The translations under genes were made by a program, and so were the position numbers. This document shows, one piece after another, positions 21,801 through 31,061 of a stretch of DNA of 64,000 nucleotides. Positions within the stretch are counted from its first letter, which is position 1. Each line of letters starts with the position of its first letter. Below the pieces are notes generated by a model. That model made no database searches. It was not told the DNA's origin and was given only the letters and a program-made list of their open reading frames with translations. Source of the DNA: Bdellovibrionales bacterium (GTDB lineage Bacteria; Bdellovibrionota; Bdellovibrionia; Bdellovibrionales; CAYMLA01); assembly GCA_965217115.1 (NCBI GenBank), contig OZ244239.1, positions 1,938,791-2,002,790 of the forward strand, in the 5' to 3' direction.

Positions 21801-21998
21801 ACTGTGGCGGGGATTTTGCCGACGGCCTACGGTTGGGGAGGGCTTGACCCTTTTGTGGTGCCGATAGCTCTTGGTTTGGGATGGGGTATTTTCTTTGGAG
21901 CATTTCTAACAACGATTGTATTTCCAGCGAGTTTAGCGGTATTAGATGATATTCATATTCTTATAAATAAAAAACTCTCCCATATCTTTGGAATATAG
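18873..21998 (+). CDS. RND efflux transporter permease (AcrB/CzcA superfamily)
   Basis: 1041 aa with 12-TM architecture. Typical N-terminus FxxRxxxxxVxxxLxxxxGxxS, and GLIIVVGMLVDDAVVVTEN. Confidence 0.9.
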   Translation: MKWLIDYFARQGIFSNVITFLVFILGILSLITINREAFPNIKFDMIVVNTIYPGASSEEVEKLVTNPLEQEFKSIDGVKKITSVSIESRSSIILQLDPDQTTEEDARRDVREALDRVTDLPAGAENPLIVVINSKVTPTIEVTLSSKPNNRLSEDQMREQVKLVEEKLHELSGVSRISRNGYRKREIKVKANLLKLQSYHISLQDLIRVLGAENSSIPGGVFQSKVTGKNILIRTVGDFLNTDDVGDTIIRSNALGQVVRVRDVAKVSMGFEEAKVIYHSGGKKAINLVIFKKDGADAIDLVNLIKQELDQDKASFHKGLEVNYVNDLSYYIRRRLSVLSSNMLIGLVLVLTILSFILPGRVALITSLGIPFSFFATFLYFGNMGISLNLLTMIGLIIVVGMLVDDAVVVTENVQRYAEKGLSPMDAAIKGTQQIWAPVTASVMTTVVAFTPMLFMSGITGKFMKFIPLGVILALLFSLYECFFILPHHLANWIKKGDSEKAQQRKLVKWWNQRAIPSYGHFMKKVLERRYLVVSISFALFLATIFLATRMTFILFPASGVEVFQIRFDAPLGTSMDKTLEIIKPIEAIVAKLRKDEVKNFTTQVGLQQENPTDPSTKRGDEYGQINVYLTPATSRERRADEIIDDLRKRVGKIPGLEKLTYSQKQGGPPVGKAVSLGVRGKSYQDILPAVESVKAFLKTIKGTFDVDDSYLVGKSELQIKVDSVEAAAASLSLASIGNSVRAAYEGVVATSIRELDEKIDVRVSLENQEKDSKSSLMSMLIPNQRGNLVALNRVARLEHSEGVALYEHENNQRQVKVTAGVNEKVTSSGEVNSLLRSELNNFRQKHSNVDYFFGGEDQDSRDSIASLTKAFVIAAMGIFMILILTFRNIFQPFLVLFVTIPLGIMTVVWTFYLHGRPLTFLGMLGVVALAGVIVNNAIVLVSFINEERKNGVDRFTSIVNGAKMRLRPIFLTTLTTVAGILPTAYGWGGLDPFVVPIALGLGWGIFFGAFLTTIVFPASLAVLDDIHILINKKLSHIFGI

Positions 21999-22092
21999 CC
22001 ATGGCAGTTGTACTGATCAGATAGAGAGATATTAAGAGCACTCTTCTCCTGAAAGACTTGCATCCTTTTGGAGTGCCTGGCAATCTATTGTT

Positions 22093-24111
22093 ATGAGACT
22101 CCGTTTTTGTTTAATTACCGTGTTAGTCCTATTTTTAACGTCCTGCTTTTCAACTCTAAGTAAGAAGAAGGGCGATTCTGTCACTTCTCAAAAATTAGTT
22201 TCTAGTGAAGAACTAAAATATGAGAGTGTGACTTCTTTGAAAAAAAAATGTCATAGCCTTATTCCTGGAGCTTGTCTGCTTTATGGGAAAAAGCTCTTAA
22301 AGAGAGGGAAATGGAGACAGGCCAAGAGTGCCTTTTTTAAAATGTGCCGACGGGAAGATTCTGAGGGTTGTGCTCAGTATGTGTTACTTGTTTTACTGGA
22401 GAAGCAAACGAAAAGCTTAGATCGTTTGCACAAAATTATAGACAGTCATTGCGTGGGGGGAGCCAAAGAGTCTTGCTATGCCCAGGGAAAAATTTTCCTC
22501 TTACAAGAGAAGAAAGAAGAGGCAATGAGACTTTTTAAGGGAGCTTGTGAAGATGAATTGGCGGTGGCTTGTTTGGAATTGGGTAGAGGCTACAGGGAAC
22601 AGAAAGAATTTAGTGATGCTCAGATTTGGTTAAATCGAGGCTGTGACTACGAAGAGCCGTTGGCTTGTTTAGAGCTTGCCGAAATTTATGAGAAAGAGAA
22701 TAAAAAGAAGAGTGCCATTGATTTTTATGAAAAGGCTTGTGAGCAGGGGGGAGATGAAAACTGTTTGCAAATGAGCCTTTTTCATATTCGCATGGGTGAG
22801 AGAAAACTAGCTCAAAAGGAACTAACTATTTCATGCAGTGCGGGCTTTGTGAGAGCTTGTGCCTATTTAGGAAAGAGCCTTTTGGCGGACAATCAGCAAT
22901 CAAGAGGTGAGAAAATATTAAATGAAGTCTGTGGGGAAAAAGAGGTTCTAGGGTGTTTATTCCGTGGAATCTCCTTGGAGAGCCAGGGCCTTGGACAGAG
23001 ATCAATGGAGTTTTATGAGAAATCTTGTAAATTGAACAGTGATGAAGGCTGTCAGCTCTTTGCACGGGCCTTGTCGTTGAGTCGTGATAAGAAGATGGTG
23101 ACGAAGCTAGAAGAGTTCTGTCAGCAGGGAAGAGAGAGCTTTTGTTTAGGTTTGGGAAAGTTCTTTGAGAATTTAGGGCAAAATGAAAGTGCTGTTCTTG
23201 AGTATGATAAAATTTGTCAGAGGGGTGTTTTTAAGGGATGTTTGCGAAAAGCTGTTGTTTTAGAGAGTCAGGGTAAGGACGATGGGGTTGAAAAGGTTTA
23301 CCAGAGGGGTTGTCAAAACGGGGACCTTGAGGCTTGTTCTTATTTGGGGAATAGGTATGAGAAGTCTAAAGATGTGGGAATTGCTGAATCGTTTTATAGA
23401 AAGGCTTGTAATAAAAAAATAGCGATTGGTTGTGCTTACTTGGCTCGTTTTTATGAGCGTAGGGGCAATAATGAAGAGACGCAGAAGTATTACTTATTGG
23501 GATGCAAAGAGGGGTATGGAGTTGGGTGTTACCACTTGAGTTTAATTTATGGGAAAAAGAAGAAAAAGAGAGAGTCTTTGTCCTATGCTAAGAAAGGTTG
23601 TTATTATGGTGACAGTCTTAGTTGTAACTTAGTTGCGTTGAATTTACAGAGCAAGGGGGAGCATCAGGAATCTTTAGAACTATTTGAGAGAAGTTGTGCT
23701 AAAAACAATCTGGAAGCTTGCCGAGAGTTGGGTAAAATATATGGTTTTTTAGGTGAAGTGAGTAAGGCGAAGGAAGTTCTGGAGAAATCTTGTTTGCAAG
23801 AAGACACCATGGCATGTCAGTTTTTGGGTGAACTTTATTGGAAGAACAAGAAATTAGATCAAGCGGGAAAGTATTACAAGAAGGGTTGTGATAAGAAAGG
23901 AGCTGTAAGCTGTACGAAATTAGGAGATTACTATGAAAAGATTGATAAGTGGAAGAAGTCCCATAAACATTACCATGAGGGCTGTCAGTTAGGAGATGCC
24001 ATTGGTTGTGTGAATTATGCAATTAACCTGCGTAGTGAAGGGAATAATAAGAAGGCCAAGAAGTATTTCAAAAAAGCTTGTGATTTGGGTGAGACAACTT
24101 ACTGCCAATAG
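22093..24111 (+). CDS. Cys-rich Sel1-like repeat lipoprotein (Helicobacter Hcp-like architecture)
   Basis: 672 aa with lipobox LTSC. More than 15 units of about 36 aa, each with a Cys pair (for example ACLELGRGY...WLNRGC, ACLELAEIY...YEKAC). Confidence 0.8.
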   Translation: MRLRFCLITVLVLFLTSCFSTLSKKKGDSVTSQKLVSSEELKYESVTSLKKKCHSLIPGACLLYGKKLLKRGKWRQAKSAFFKMCRREDSEGCAQYVLLVLLEKQTKSLDRLHKIIDSHCVGGAKESCYAQGKIFLLQEKKEEAMRLFKGACEDELAVACLELGRGYREQKEFSDAQIWLNRGCDYEEPLACLELAEIYEKENKKKSAIDFYEKACEQGGDENCLQMSLFHIRMGERKLAQKELTISCSAGFVRACAYLGKSLLADNQQSRGEKILNEVCGEKEVLGCLFRGISLESQGLGQRSMEFYEKSCKLNSDEGCQLFARALSLSRDKKMVTKLEEFCQQGRESFCLGLGKFFENLGQNESAVLEYDKICQRGVFKGCLRKAVVLESQGKDDGVEKVYQRGCQNGDLEACSYLGNRYEKSKDVGIAESFYRKACNKKIAIGCAYLARFYERRGNNEETQKYYLLGCKEGYGVGCYHLSLIYGKKKKKRESLSYAKKGCYYGDSLSCNLVALNLQSKGEHQESLELFERSCAKNNLEACRELGKIYGFLGEVSKAKEVLEKSCLQEDTMACQFLGELYWKNKKLDQAGKYYKKGCDKKGAVSCTKLGDYYEKIDKWKKSHKHYHEGCQLGDAIGCVNYAINLRSEGNNKKAKKYFKKACDLGETTYCQ

Positions 24112-24129
24112 AGAAAGTTTAAGAGAGGG

Positions 24130-24402
24130 TTAGCCTGTTTTTTCTGTTTTCTTGTAGGTTCCACGGCGATATTGCTGGAGATTGGGATAATCGCAGATTT
24201 TCTTAGAGATCATTTCAATGACCTCTTCTCTAAGGTCTTGCTCGATTTCGTTTAATGCAGATTCAACGATACCTCCTTGCTGCATAAGAAGATATATGTA
24301 TTCAGTCACGACGTGATGGATGAGTTCCTGTTCATGGTCAAATTTTATTTGAGAAGAATGGATGTGTTTGTCAAAAATTTGATAAAGAGGATCGTCGTTC
24401 AT
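24130..24402 (-). CDS. hypothetical small acidic protein
   Basis: 90-aa ORF with an ATG start. No recognised motif. Confidence 0.4.
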   Translation of the reverse strand: MNDDPLYQIFDKHIHSSQIKFDHEQELIHHVVTEYIYLLMQQGGIVESALNEIEQDLREEVIEMISKKICDYPNLQQYRRGTYKKTEKTG

Positions 24403-24537
24403 TTGTCTATTCTAACAAATATTTCCATTAAATGAAGGGCCAGGTAGGTTTTTATCTAAAAGCTGGCCTATGGTTTTTATTTTAATTTTTATTTGGTTTT
24501 GTGGCACTTTGAGGAGAAGTCCTTTATAATTAGTAAC

Positions 24538-25803
24538 ATGAAGCTATCATCACTTAATTTTTTAGAGTTAGAGCACTTTTGCTCACTAGCTCAATGTCTA
24601 GTAGACGGACGTGTTCAAGAGGTGTGGACCAACCAAAGAGGAGTGGGGTTCTTTGTTTGGAAAACTCAAAAGAGCGCTTGGTTGTGGTTTGATTTAACCC
24701 CAAAAACTCCTTTTCCTGCCTTAATAGAATGCAAGAGACTTCCCTTTGTGAAGAAGATAAAGCCTTTGGGATTGTTTGTGAAATCTCATGTTGTGGGTAA
24801 TAGTATTAAGCGTATTTATTGTAAAGAGAAAATGGGAAGAGTCATTTTTATAGAAGGAGATACTTTTTCCTTAGAAATCCGTTTATTCCCCCATGGGCAA
24901 AATTTAATTGTAAAAACAGCTGAAAAATCTATTAGTTGGCTTCGAGTTAAGGCTCTTAAAGGTGGCAGTTCTAAAGAGTTACAGATGGAAACCAGAGATC
25001 TACAAGAGCTTCAGGAAGTTTGGCTTAAATCTTTACGGGAAGAGAGAGGGGCAGGACAAGGTGTTGCTGGTAAAGACAAGAGCTTGTTATCGATTCTGAA
25101 GAGAGATCTCTTAAAAAAAGAAAAAGCTTTAGTGAAAATAAAAGAGAGCTTAGAAGAAAGATTGAGCAATGACTGGCTAATTTTGGGTAAGTTATTACAG
25201 GAAAAGCAGAGTTTGAACATTTCAGAAAAATGGAAGACATGGATTAATGAACAGGAGTCATTGTCGTTTAATATTCAAATGTGCTTTGAGAAGCATAAGA
25301 GTCAAAAGAAAAAAATCGTAGGAACTCGTGAGAGAATAGGGATGTTAAAAGATGAAATAAATCTGATAAAAAATAAAATAGAAAACTTTGATCTGAAGGG
25401 TAGTGAGAATAACATTCAAATCGTTAAGAGCGAGAAAAGTTTCTTGCGTCAGGCCGAAGCTAAGGGGAAAAAGCTAGTTTTATCTCAAGGCAAAGAGGCT
25501 GTTATCGGAAAATCGGCTAGGGATAATTTGGCGATTTTGCGCAGAGCCAAGCCTTGGTTTCTTTGGGTGCATATTAAGGATAGTCCAGGGGCCTATGGAG
25601 TTGTACTTTGTCAGCGTAAGCAGGTGGTGACGGATGAGGAATTGCGGCAAGTTTGCCGTTGGTTGCTAAAAGAATCTAAGGAGAAGGGAGAGGGGAGCTT
25701 TGATTTCCTTATAGCTGAATGTCGATACATCACTCCTATCAAGGGTGATCGAATTGGGCGTGTGACATATAAAAATGAGCGAGTAATTACGGTTGGTATT
25801 TAA
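24538..25803 (+). CDS. NFACT-family protein (RqcH/FbpA-like, short form) with a DUF814/NFACT-R domain
   Basis: The ORF is open from TTG 24493; ATG 24538 is preferred. The C-terminal GKSARDNLAILRRAKPWFLWVHIKDSPGAYGVVL matches the NFACT-R motif. Central coiled coil. Confidence 0.65.
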   Translation: MKLSSLNFLELEHFCSLAQCLVDGRVQEVWTNQRGVGFFVWKTQKSAWLWFDLTPKTPFPALIECKRLPFVKKIKPLGLFVKSHVVGNSIKRIYCKEKMGRVIFIEGDTFSLEIRLFPHGQNLIVKTAEKSISWLRVKALKGGSSKELQMETRDLQELQEVWLKSLREERGAGQGVAGKDKSLLSILKRDLLKKEKALVKIKESLEERLSNDWLILGKLLQEKQSLNISEKWKTWINEQESLSFNIQMCFEKHKSQKKKIVGTRERIGMLKDEINLIKNKIENFDLKGSENNIQIVKSEKSFLRQAEAKGKKLVLSQGKEAVIGKSARDNLAILRRAKPWFLWVHIKDSPGAYGVVLCQRKQVVTDEELRQVCRWLLKESKEKGEGSFDFLIAECRYITPIKGDRIGRVTYKNERVITVGI

Positions 25804-25882
25804 AAATACGGGGCATTTTTTCTTCAGTTGAGAAAGGCAAGAAAAGATAGACTTATACACAGTCGCTTAGTAGCATTTATGT

Positions 25883-26809
25883 ATGATCTGCGTGGAGAGG
25901 CTGAGTAAATTTTACGGCAATTATAAGGCCTTGGACAGAGTGTCCTTTACGATCAAAGAAGGTTCTTTAGTGGGACTTCTTGGAGCTAACGGGGCTGGTA
26001 AAACGACATTAATGGATGTTCTTGCTGGAGTCACTCACTATCAAGAGGGGGCAGTGTCTATTGATGGAGAGATGGTTGGAGATAGCCTTTCGGTGAAAGA
26101 AAAACTAGGTTATCTTCCTGATCAACCGCCGCTGTATTTAGATATGACTGTTAGTAATTACTTGCGGTATGTTGGGATTTTAAAAAGAGTTACACCGGAA
26201 AGAATCAATCAGAGAGTTGAAGATGTTTTAGGAAAACTAGAACTAGAGGATTACGCTCAATGTATTATTGAAAAATTGTCAAAAGGGTATCGTCAACGGG
26301 TGGGAATTGCACAAGCTCTGATAAATAATCCTAAGATTCTTATTCTGGATGAGCCGACGGTGGCCCTTGACCCTCGGCAAAGAGCGCAGGTGAAGGATCT
26401 AGTTAAATCTCTAAAGAGAGATCATACGATTTTGCTTTCTACGCATATTTTATCTGACGTAGAGGATATCTGTGATGAGGTGGTTTTAATTTCAGAGGGT
26501 AAATTAAAAACAAGGGGTTCTCTGGAGTCGTTATCAAAGATTGATGATGGTGGAGAAACCATCTTCCATTTAAGTCTAAGCAGTGATGTAAAAGTTAAAG
26601 AGCTTTTTTTGATCGATGAAGTAAAAGATGTAAAGAAAATTTCTCAGAAAAAATGGCAAATTTCTTTTATGAAAAATGAAAACGAGAGATCGAGTGCTTC
26701 GGATCGCTATTTAGAAATTTTAGCTCGTCATAGTTGGGGGATTCGTGAGTATGTTTGTGCATCTAAAAACCTAGAGAACCTTTTTTTTACAGATGAGAAT
26801 GTAAAATGA
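25883..26809 (+). CDS. ABC transporter ATP-binding protein (GldA-like)
   Basis: Walker A GANGAGKTT, signature LSKGYRQR, and Walker B ILILDEP. Confidence 0.9.
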   Translation: MICVERLSKFYGNYKALDRVSFTIKEGSLVGLLGANGAGKTTLMDVLAGVTHYQEGAVSIDGEMVGDSLSVKEKLGYLPDQPPLYLDMTVSNYLRYVGILKRVTPERINQRVEDVLGKLELEDYAQCIIEKLSKGYRQRVGIAQALINNPKILILDEPTVALDPRQRAQVKDLVKSLKRDHTILLSTHILSDVEDICDEVVLISEGKLKTRGSLESLSKIDDGGETIFHLSLSSDVKVKELFLIDEVKDVKKISQKKWQISFMKNENERSSASDRYLEILARHSWGIREYVCASKNLENLFFTDENVK

Positions 26810-27573
26810 TCTTTGAAATATGGAAAAAAGAGATAAAATCGTTGTTTTTATCACCAGGGTTGTATGTTGTGTTTTCTCTTTGCGCATCATTGTTTAGTTG
26901 GAGATTCTTGATTAACTTGCAATATTTTGCACAGAACTATCAGAATCAGGTTTTTCAACTAGGTCAGGCAAATTACTCTATGCATATTCATTTTGGATTG
27001 TTTGCAGGGCATTTATCATACCTGAATTTGGTGTTTATTCTCTTTACCCCCGTTTTGACCATGAAATTATTGGCAGAAGAGAAAAGATCGGGAAGTTTAA
27101 AGTTGTTATTCTCCAGCCCAATTTCTTCGTGGCAAATTATTGGAGGTAAGTACTTGGCAGCAGTGACATTGATGTTCTGTGTGCTTCTTTTGTCTTTTTT
27201 ATTTCCCCTTATTTGCGTATTTTTTGCGGAAGTGGATTGGATTTTATTATTGGGATCTTATTTCGGTATGTTTCTTCTAGGGTGTTTGTATGTGGGTATA
27301 GGAATATTTAGTTCATCGTTAGGGTCATCGGTGATGGTGTCGTTAATTTTGGGAATTTTTCTCAATGTAATGGTTTGGTTTTTGGGTGTTAATGCAGAGA
27401 TGGCTGACAGTCAATGGATACGGGAAGCTTTGCAACATTTATCTTTGAATTATCACATCTCGGGTATGATTCAGGGTGTGTTTCATCTAAGTGCTGTGGT
27501 CTTTTTTGCAAGTCTGACGGGGCTATTTTTACTATTGTCTGAGACATTTTTGCAATTTTTGAAGTGGAAGTAA
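26806..27573 (+). CDS. ABC-2 type permease (GldF-like)
   Basis: 255 aa with about 6 TM. EEKRSGSLKLLFSSPIS motif typical of ABC-2/GldF permeases. Overlaps the ATPase gene. Confidence 0.75.
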   Translation: MIFEIWKKEIKSLFLSPGLYVVFSLCASLFSWRFLINLQYFAQNYQNQVFQLGQANYSMHIHFGLFAGHLSYLNLVFILFTPVLTMKLLAEEKRSGSLKLLFSSPISSWQIIGGKYLAAVTLMFCVLLLSFLFPLICVFFAEVDWILLLGSYFGMFLLGCLYVGIGIFSSSLGSSVMVSLILGIFLNVMVWFLGVNAEMADSQWIREALQHLSLNYHISGMIQGVFHLSAVVFFASLTGLFLLLSETFLQFLKWK

Positions 27574-27574
27574 A

Positions 27575-29113
27575 ATGGGCGGGTTATTAAAGGTTTATTC
27601 TATATTATTACTCCTAAGTCTTTTGTCTTATGTTATGGGTCGGTACACTTTAGGCTATTTCATTCCTTTTTTCTGGTTGCCCATTGGCTTAAGTGCACTC
27701 CTCTTTGTTTTAATATTATTTCATCTGCGAGAGAAAATCGTATTGTTCTTTAGAATGAAATCAACTCACCATAGAGTAAGCGCAGGTAGTAAGCTGTTTT
27801 TGATTATGTGCTTTGTGGCTTTTTTGAATTTTTTATCGGTTCGCTACAATGTAAGTTATGATTTTTCGCCAGAACAGATGAATTCTTTGAGTGTGTCTTC
27901 TTTTGGAGTTTTGCAGAAATTAGAGGAACAGGCAAAAATCGTGTTCTTTTATCGTCAAGGTGAGCAGAAGAGCCAGGCTGAAAAGCACAAGTTTGTGAAT
28001 TTAATGCGTAAATATCAGGATGTAACATCAAAATTAGAGGTCAATTTTGTTGAGGTGACAGAAAACCCAGATATAGCTAAACGTTTTGGAGTGGATAAGG
28101 GAGCAGGTGTTGTTTTTGTAGAATACAAAGGTCATCGGAGCCGTGTTGATCGAGTAGCAGAGGCTGATGTGACAAGTGCGTTGAACATTGTGACGGAGAG
28201 GGGGCCAAAGGAGAAGGTTTATTTTTTAACAGGCCATGGGGAAAAAGAAGATCAAGACCCTTCATCGTTAGATGGAATTAAATCATCTGTATACTTATTA
28301 GAGGGCAATGGCTATCTTCTTAAAAAACTGAGTTTAATCACAAAAACTCGTGTCCCAGAGGAGGTCAAGACGCTTTTTATTATTGGCCCTCAGGAAAGTT
28401 TTCTAGAGCATGAGGTGGAGGCATTGATCAAATATGTGCAAAGGGGGGGGAGTCTGTTTTTAGCTTTGGATCATACTGTTGCCAGAGGTGTATCATCTTT
28501 AAAGCCATTGTTAAATTTTTTGGGTATCGAATATAAAAATCATTATGTTATTGGAATGACTCAAACATCTAATGGGTGGGCTTTGACACCGAAGCTGACG
28601 TTGGCGACAGCGTTTAATTCTCAGAACCCTTTAACCAGTGAATTTAAAGAGGGAGAGTATGCCGTTTTTCGCACTCCAGGGTCTTTAGTTATAAAAAAAG
28701 CTAAAACGAACAAAGTAAAAAAGAGAGTCAGTACTTTATTGAGTACAGGGGTGGATGTTCGTGCTTTGGGCTCTTTGGATTTGAAGGGAATCCAGAAAAA
28801 AGGACCATTTTCTTTAGCTATGTTGATGAAATTAGGAAAAAGGGCATCTAAGGTTGTGGTGGTGGCTTCGAGTAGTTTTATGACCAATCAACTGTGGAGT
28901 CATGGCGTAAACAGAGATTTTTTTCTTAAAGTAACTTCTTTTTTAACGGGCAGTAAGAATCAGGTGAAGGTAGAGCCTCCCCATTGGCGTTTGGGCAGAT
29001 TTTCACTAACTCCTGACGGGTTTAATCTTTATGCGTTGCTTTTTGCTGTGCCCTTACCTATTGTTTTATTAGGAATGGCTATTTTTCGTTACATACGTAG
29101 AAAAGGTATTTAG
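27575..29113 (+). CDS. GldG-like ABC-system auxiliary protein
   Basis: 512 aa. N- and C-terminal TM anchors flank a large soluble domain. It is the third gene of the ABC-2 operon, as in gldAFG. Confidence 0.6.
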   Translation: MGGLLKVYSILLLLSLLSYVMGRYTLGYFIPFFWLPIGLSALLFVLILFHLREKIVLFFRMKSTHHRVSAGSKLFLIMCFVAFLNFLSVRYNVSYDFSPEQMNSLSVSSFGVLQKLEEQAKIVFFYRQGEQKSQAEKHKFVNLMRKYQDVTSKLEVNFVEVTENPDIAKRFGVDKGAGVVFVEYKGHRSRVDRVAEADVTSALNIVTERGPKEKVYFLTGHGEKEDQDPSSLDGIKSSVYLLEGNGYLLKKLSLITKTRVPEEVKTLFIIGPQESFLEHEVEALIKYVQRGGSLFLALDHTVARGVSSLKPLLNFLGIEYKNHYVIGMTQTSNGWALTPKLTLATAFNSQNPLTSEFKEGEYAVFRTPGSLVIKKAKTNKVKKRVSTLLSTGVDVRALGSLDLKGIQKKGPFSLAMLMKLGKRASKVVVVASSSFMTNQLWSHGVNRDFFLKVTSFLTGSKNQVKVEPPHWRLGRFSLTPDGFNLYALLFAVPLPIVLLGMAIFRYIRRKGI

Positions 29114-29121
29114 GGGAAAAA

Positions 29122-30144
29122 ATGGAAACATTGATTTCAAGATCACCGACACGAGTGGATTTATCGGGTGGGACGTTGGATATGTGGCCTATTTATACCT
29201 TTCTAGGAATGGCTTGTACGGTGAATTTGGCCATTGATATTTGGACCGAAGCGCGATTAACTCCACAATTAGACTCACAGTCACGGTCTAAAAAAAACAT
29301 TCGTATTATCTCCAATGATTTAAATTTAGATATGGCGTTCGCTTCTTTAGAGGATTTTTTTAAGAATGTTGACCCTCGTTTGTCTCTGTATCGACCTGTA
29401 TTGGAGTATTGGAGGCCTGAATATGGGTTTACCTTGGAGACGAGTTCGCAAAGCCCCGTGGGGGGTGGGTTGGGTGGCAGCTCTTCTTTGATAATCAGTT
29501 TGTTGAAAGTTTTTAGTAAATGGTTGGGCAAAGAGAAGGGGATAAATTCTGATGTGGATTTTCTGGTGAGATTGGCTGCAAATATGGAAGCTCACTTGTT
29601 GGGAACACCGACGGGGACGCAGGATTATTACCCTGCAATATCGGGTGGAATGAGTATTATACATTATGGAGTGGATGGTGTTGAGCAGAAGATATTGAAA
29701 AATGATTTATCAGAGCTTCAGCAACATCTTGTTTTGGTTTATACTGGAAAGCCCCACCATTCAGGTTTAAATAACTGGGATGTATTGAAGAGGTTTGTTG
29801 AGAAAGAAAGTAAAACGATGATTGCTCTTGAAAAATTAAAAAATGTGTCTCAGCGTATGGCGGAGGCTTGTCAGTCTTCTAGTTGGGATAAACTACCTGG
29901 GCTTTTTAATGAAGAGTATGAATGGCGTTTACAACTTTCTCCTGAGTTTGCGAGCGATGAAATTGAAAAATTAGGTCATTTGGTAAAAGATTTAGGAGTT
30001 AAAGGAATAAAGATTTGTGGAGCAGGGGGTGGTGGATGTGTTTTGCTTTATGTTCCTCTTGAAAAAAGAGAGACGGTTGTGGAAAATTGTGAAACTCATG
30101 GCTTTACTGTTTTACGAATGAATCCTGTGGGGGAGTTGAGTTAG
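29122..30144 (+). CDS. GHMP-family sugar/small-molecule kinase
   Basis: 340 aa. N-terminal SPTRVDLSGGTLDMWP, GHMP motif II SPVGGGLGGSSSL, and C-terminal GAGGGG. Confidence 0.8.
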   Translation: METLISRSPTRVDLSGGTLDMWPIYTFLGMACTVNLAIDIWTEARLTPQLDSQSRSKKNIRIISNDLNLDMAFASLEDFFKNVDPRLSLYRPVLEYWRPEYGFTLETSSQSPVGGGLGGSSSLIISLLKVFSKWLGKEKGINSDVDFLVRLAANMEAHLLGTPTGTQDYYPAISGGMSIIHYGVDGVEQKILKNDLSELQQHLVLVYTGKPHHSGLNNWDVLKRFVEKESKTMIALEKLKNVSQRMAEACQSSSWDKLPGLFNEEYEWRLQLSPEFASDEIEKLGHLVKDLGVKGIKICGAGGGGCVLLYVPLEKRETVVENCETHGFTVLRMNPVGELS

Positions 30145-30146
30145 AC

Positions 30147-30980
30147 ATGTCAAAAAAGAAAAGCTCCCCACAGGTTGTGCGGTCCATTGGAATTTCGTTA
30201 GGAGGTGCTAAGAGCTTTCGAACCAATGTTGTTATTTTTGAGTTTTATCCTAGCCAAGATCAGGTTTTTCTTAAACAACTTTATTGTAACATCCGTGATG
30301 AGAAAGAGATATCTTCGGACAACCAGGTGCTAGAGATCATTAATAACGAGAAGAAAGTTGAGGCGGTGGTTTTTGATGTGCCTTTGAGTTTGCCTAAGGC
30401 TTTGCGTTGTGGGGTGAATTGTCCAGGGTATGATGTGTGCGACTGCACAGAGGTGGCTTGGATTCGTAGTTACTATGAAGAGAGAAATAAGAAAATGAGG
30501 CCTAAGAAGAATTTTACACCCTATACTCAGAGAAGCTGTGATATTTACCTATCAACAGAGTTAGGGGAGAAGTTTAATATTCCAGATGCTTTGGGATCAA
30601 ATTTAGCTCCTCTTACAGCAAGAGCGATGTATCTAAAAAACATGACATCATTGCCGTGTGAAGAGACATTTGCACGTGCTTCTTTGTGGCGATTGGGTAG
30701 AAATTTGAAAATAAATAAATCCCATTTGAGATTTTATAAGCACGCTGTGATGGGCGATGAGAGCAGAGGTGCTATCCTCAAGAGCATAGAAAATAGCAAG
30801 ATGGTTTTTATCTACGAGCAAGACCGTAAAATGTTGATTGATAACCCCGGGTGTTTTGAAGCTTTTATCTGTGGCCTAGTGGGATATTTAAAATATCAAA
30901 GGCAATTACAGAAACGCCCTAAAGGCTTTCCTGGAAGGTCAGTTTGGCCTCTATTGCCTTCTGAGGTACTACCTTTGTAG
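30147..30980 (+). CDS. hypothetical protein with a Cys cluster (CGVNCPGYDVCDC)
   Basis: 277 aa. The N-terminal IGISLGG resembles an RNase-H/ASKHA-fold first strand. This is not assigned with confidence. Confidence 0.4.
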   Translation: MSKKKSSPQVVRSIGISLGGAKSFRTNVVIFEFYPSQDQVFLKQLYCNIRDEKEISSDNQVLEIINNEKKVEAVVFDVPLSLPKALRCGVNCPGYDVCDCTEVAWIRSYYEERNKKMRPKKNFTPYTQRSCDIYLSTELGEKFNIPDALGSNLAPLTARAMYLKNMTSLPCEETFARASLWRLGRNLKINKSHLRFYKHAVMGDESRGAILKSIENSKMVFIYEQDRKMLIDNPGCFEAFICGLVGYLKYQRQLQKRPKGFPGRSVWPLLPSEVLPL

Positions 30981-31061
30981 AGAATTTGAAGTATTTTTTT
31001 TGCATATTTCTTGGGCGTGAAGGTACTATATTATTTCGTTTAGAGTTGAGGGGAAATATTT

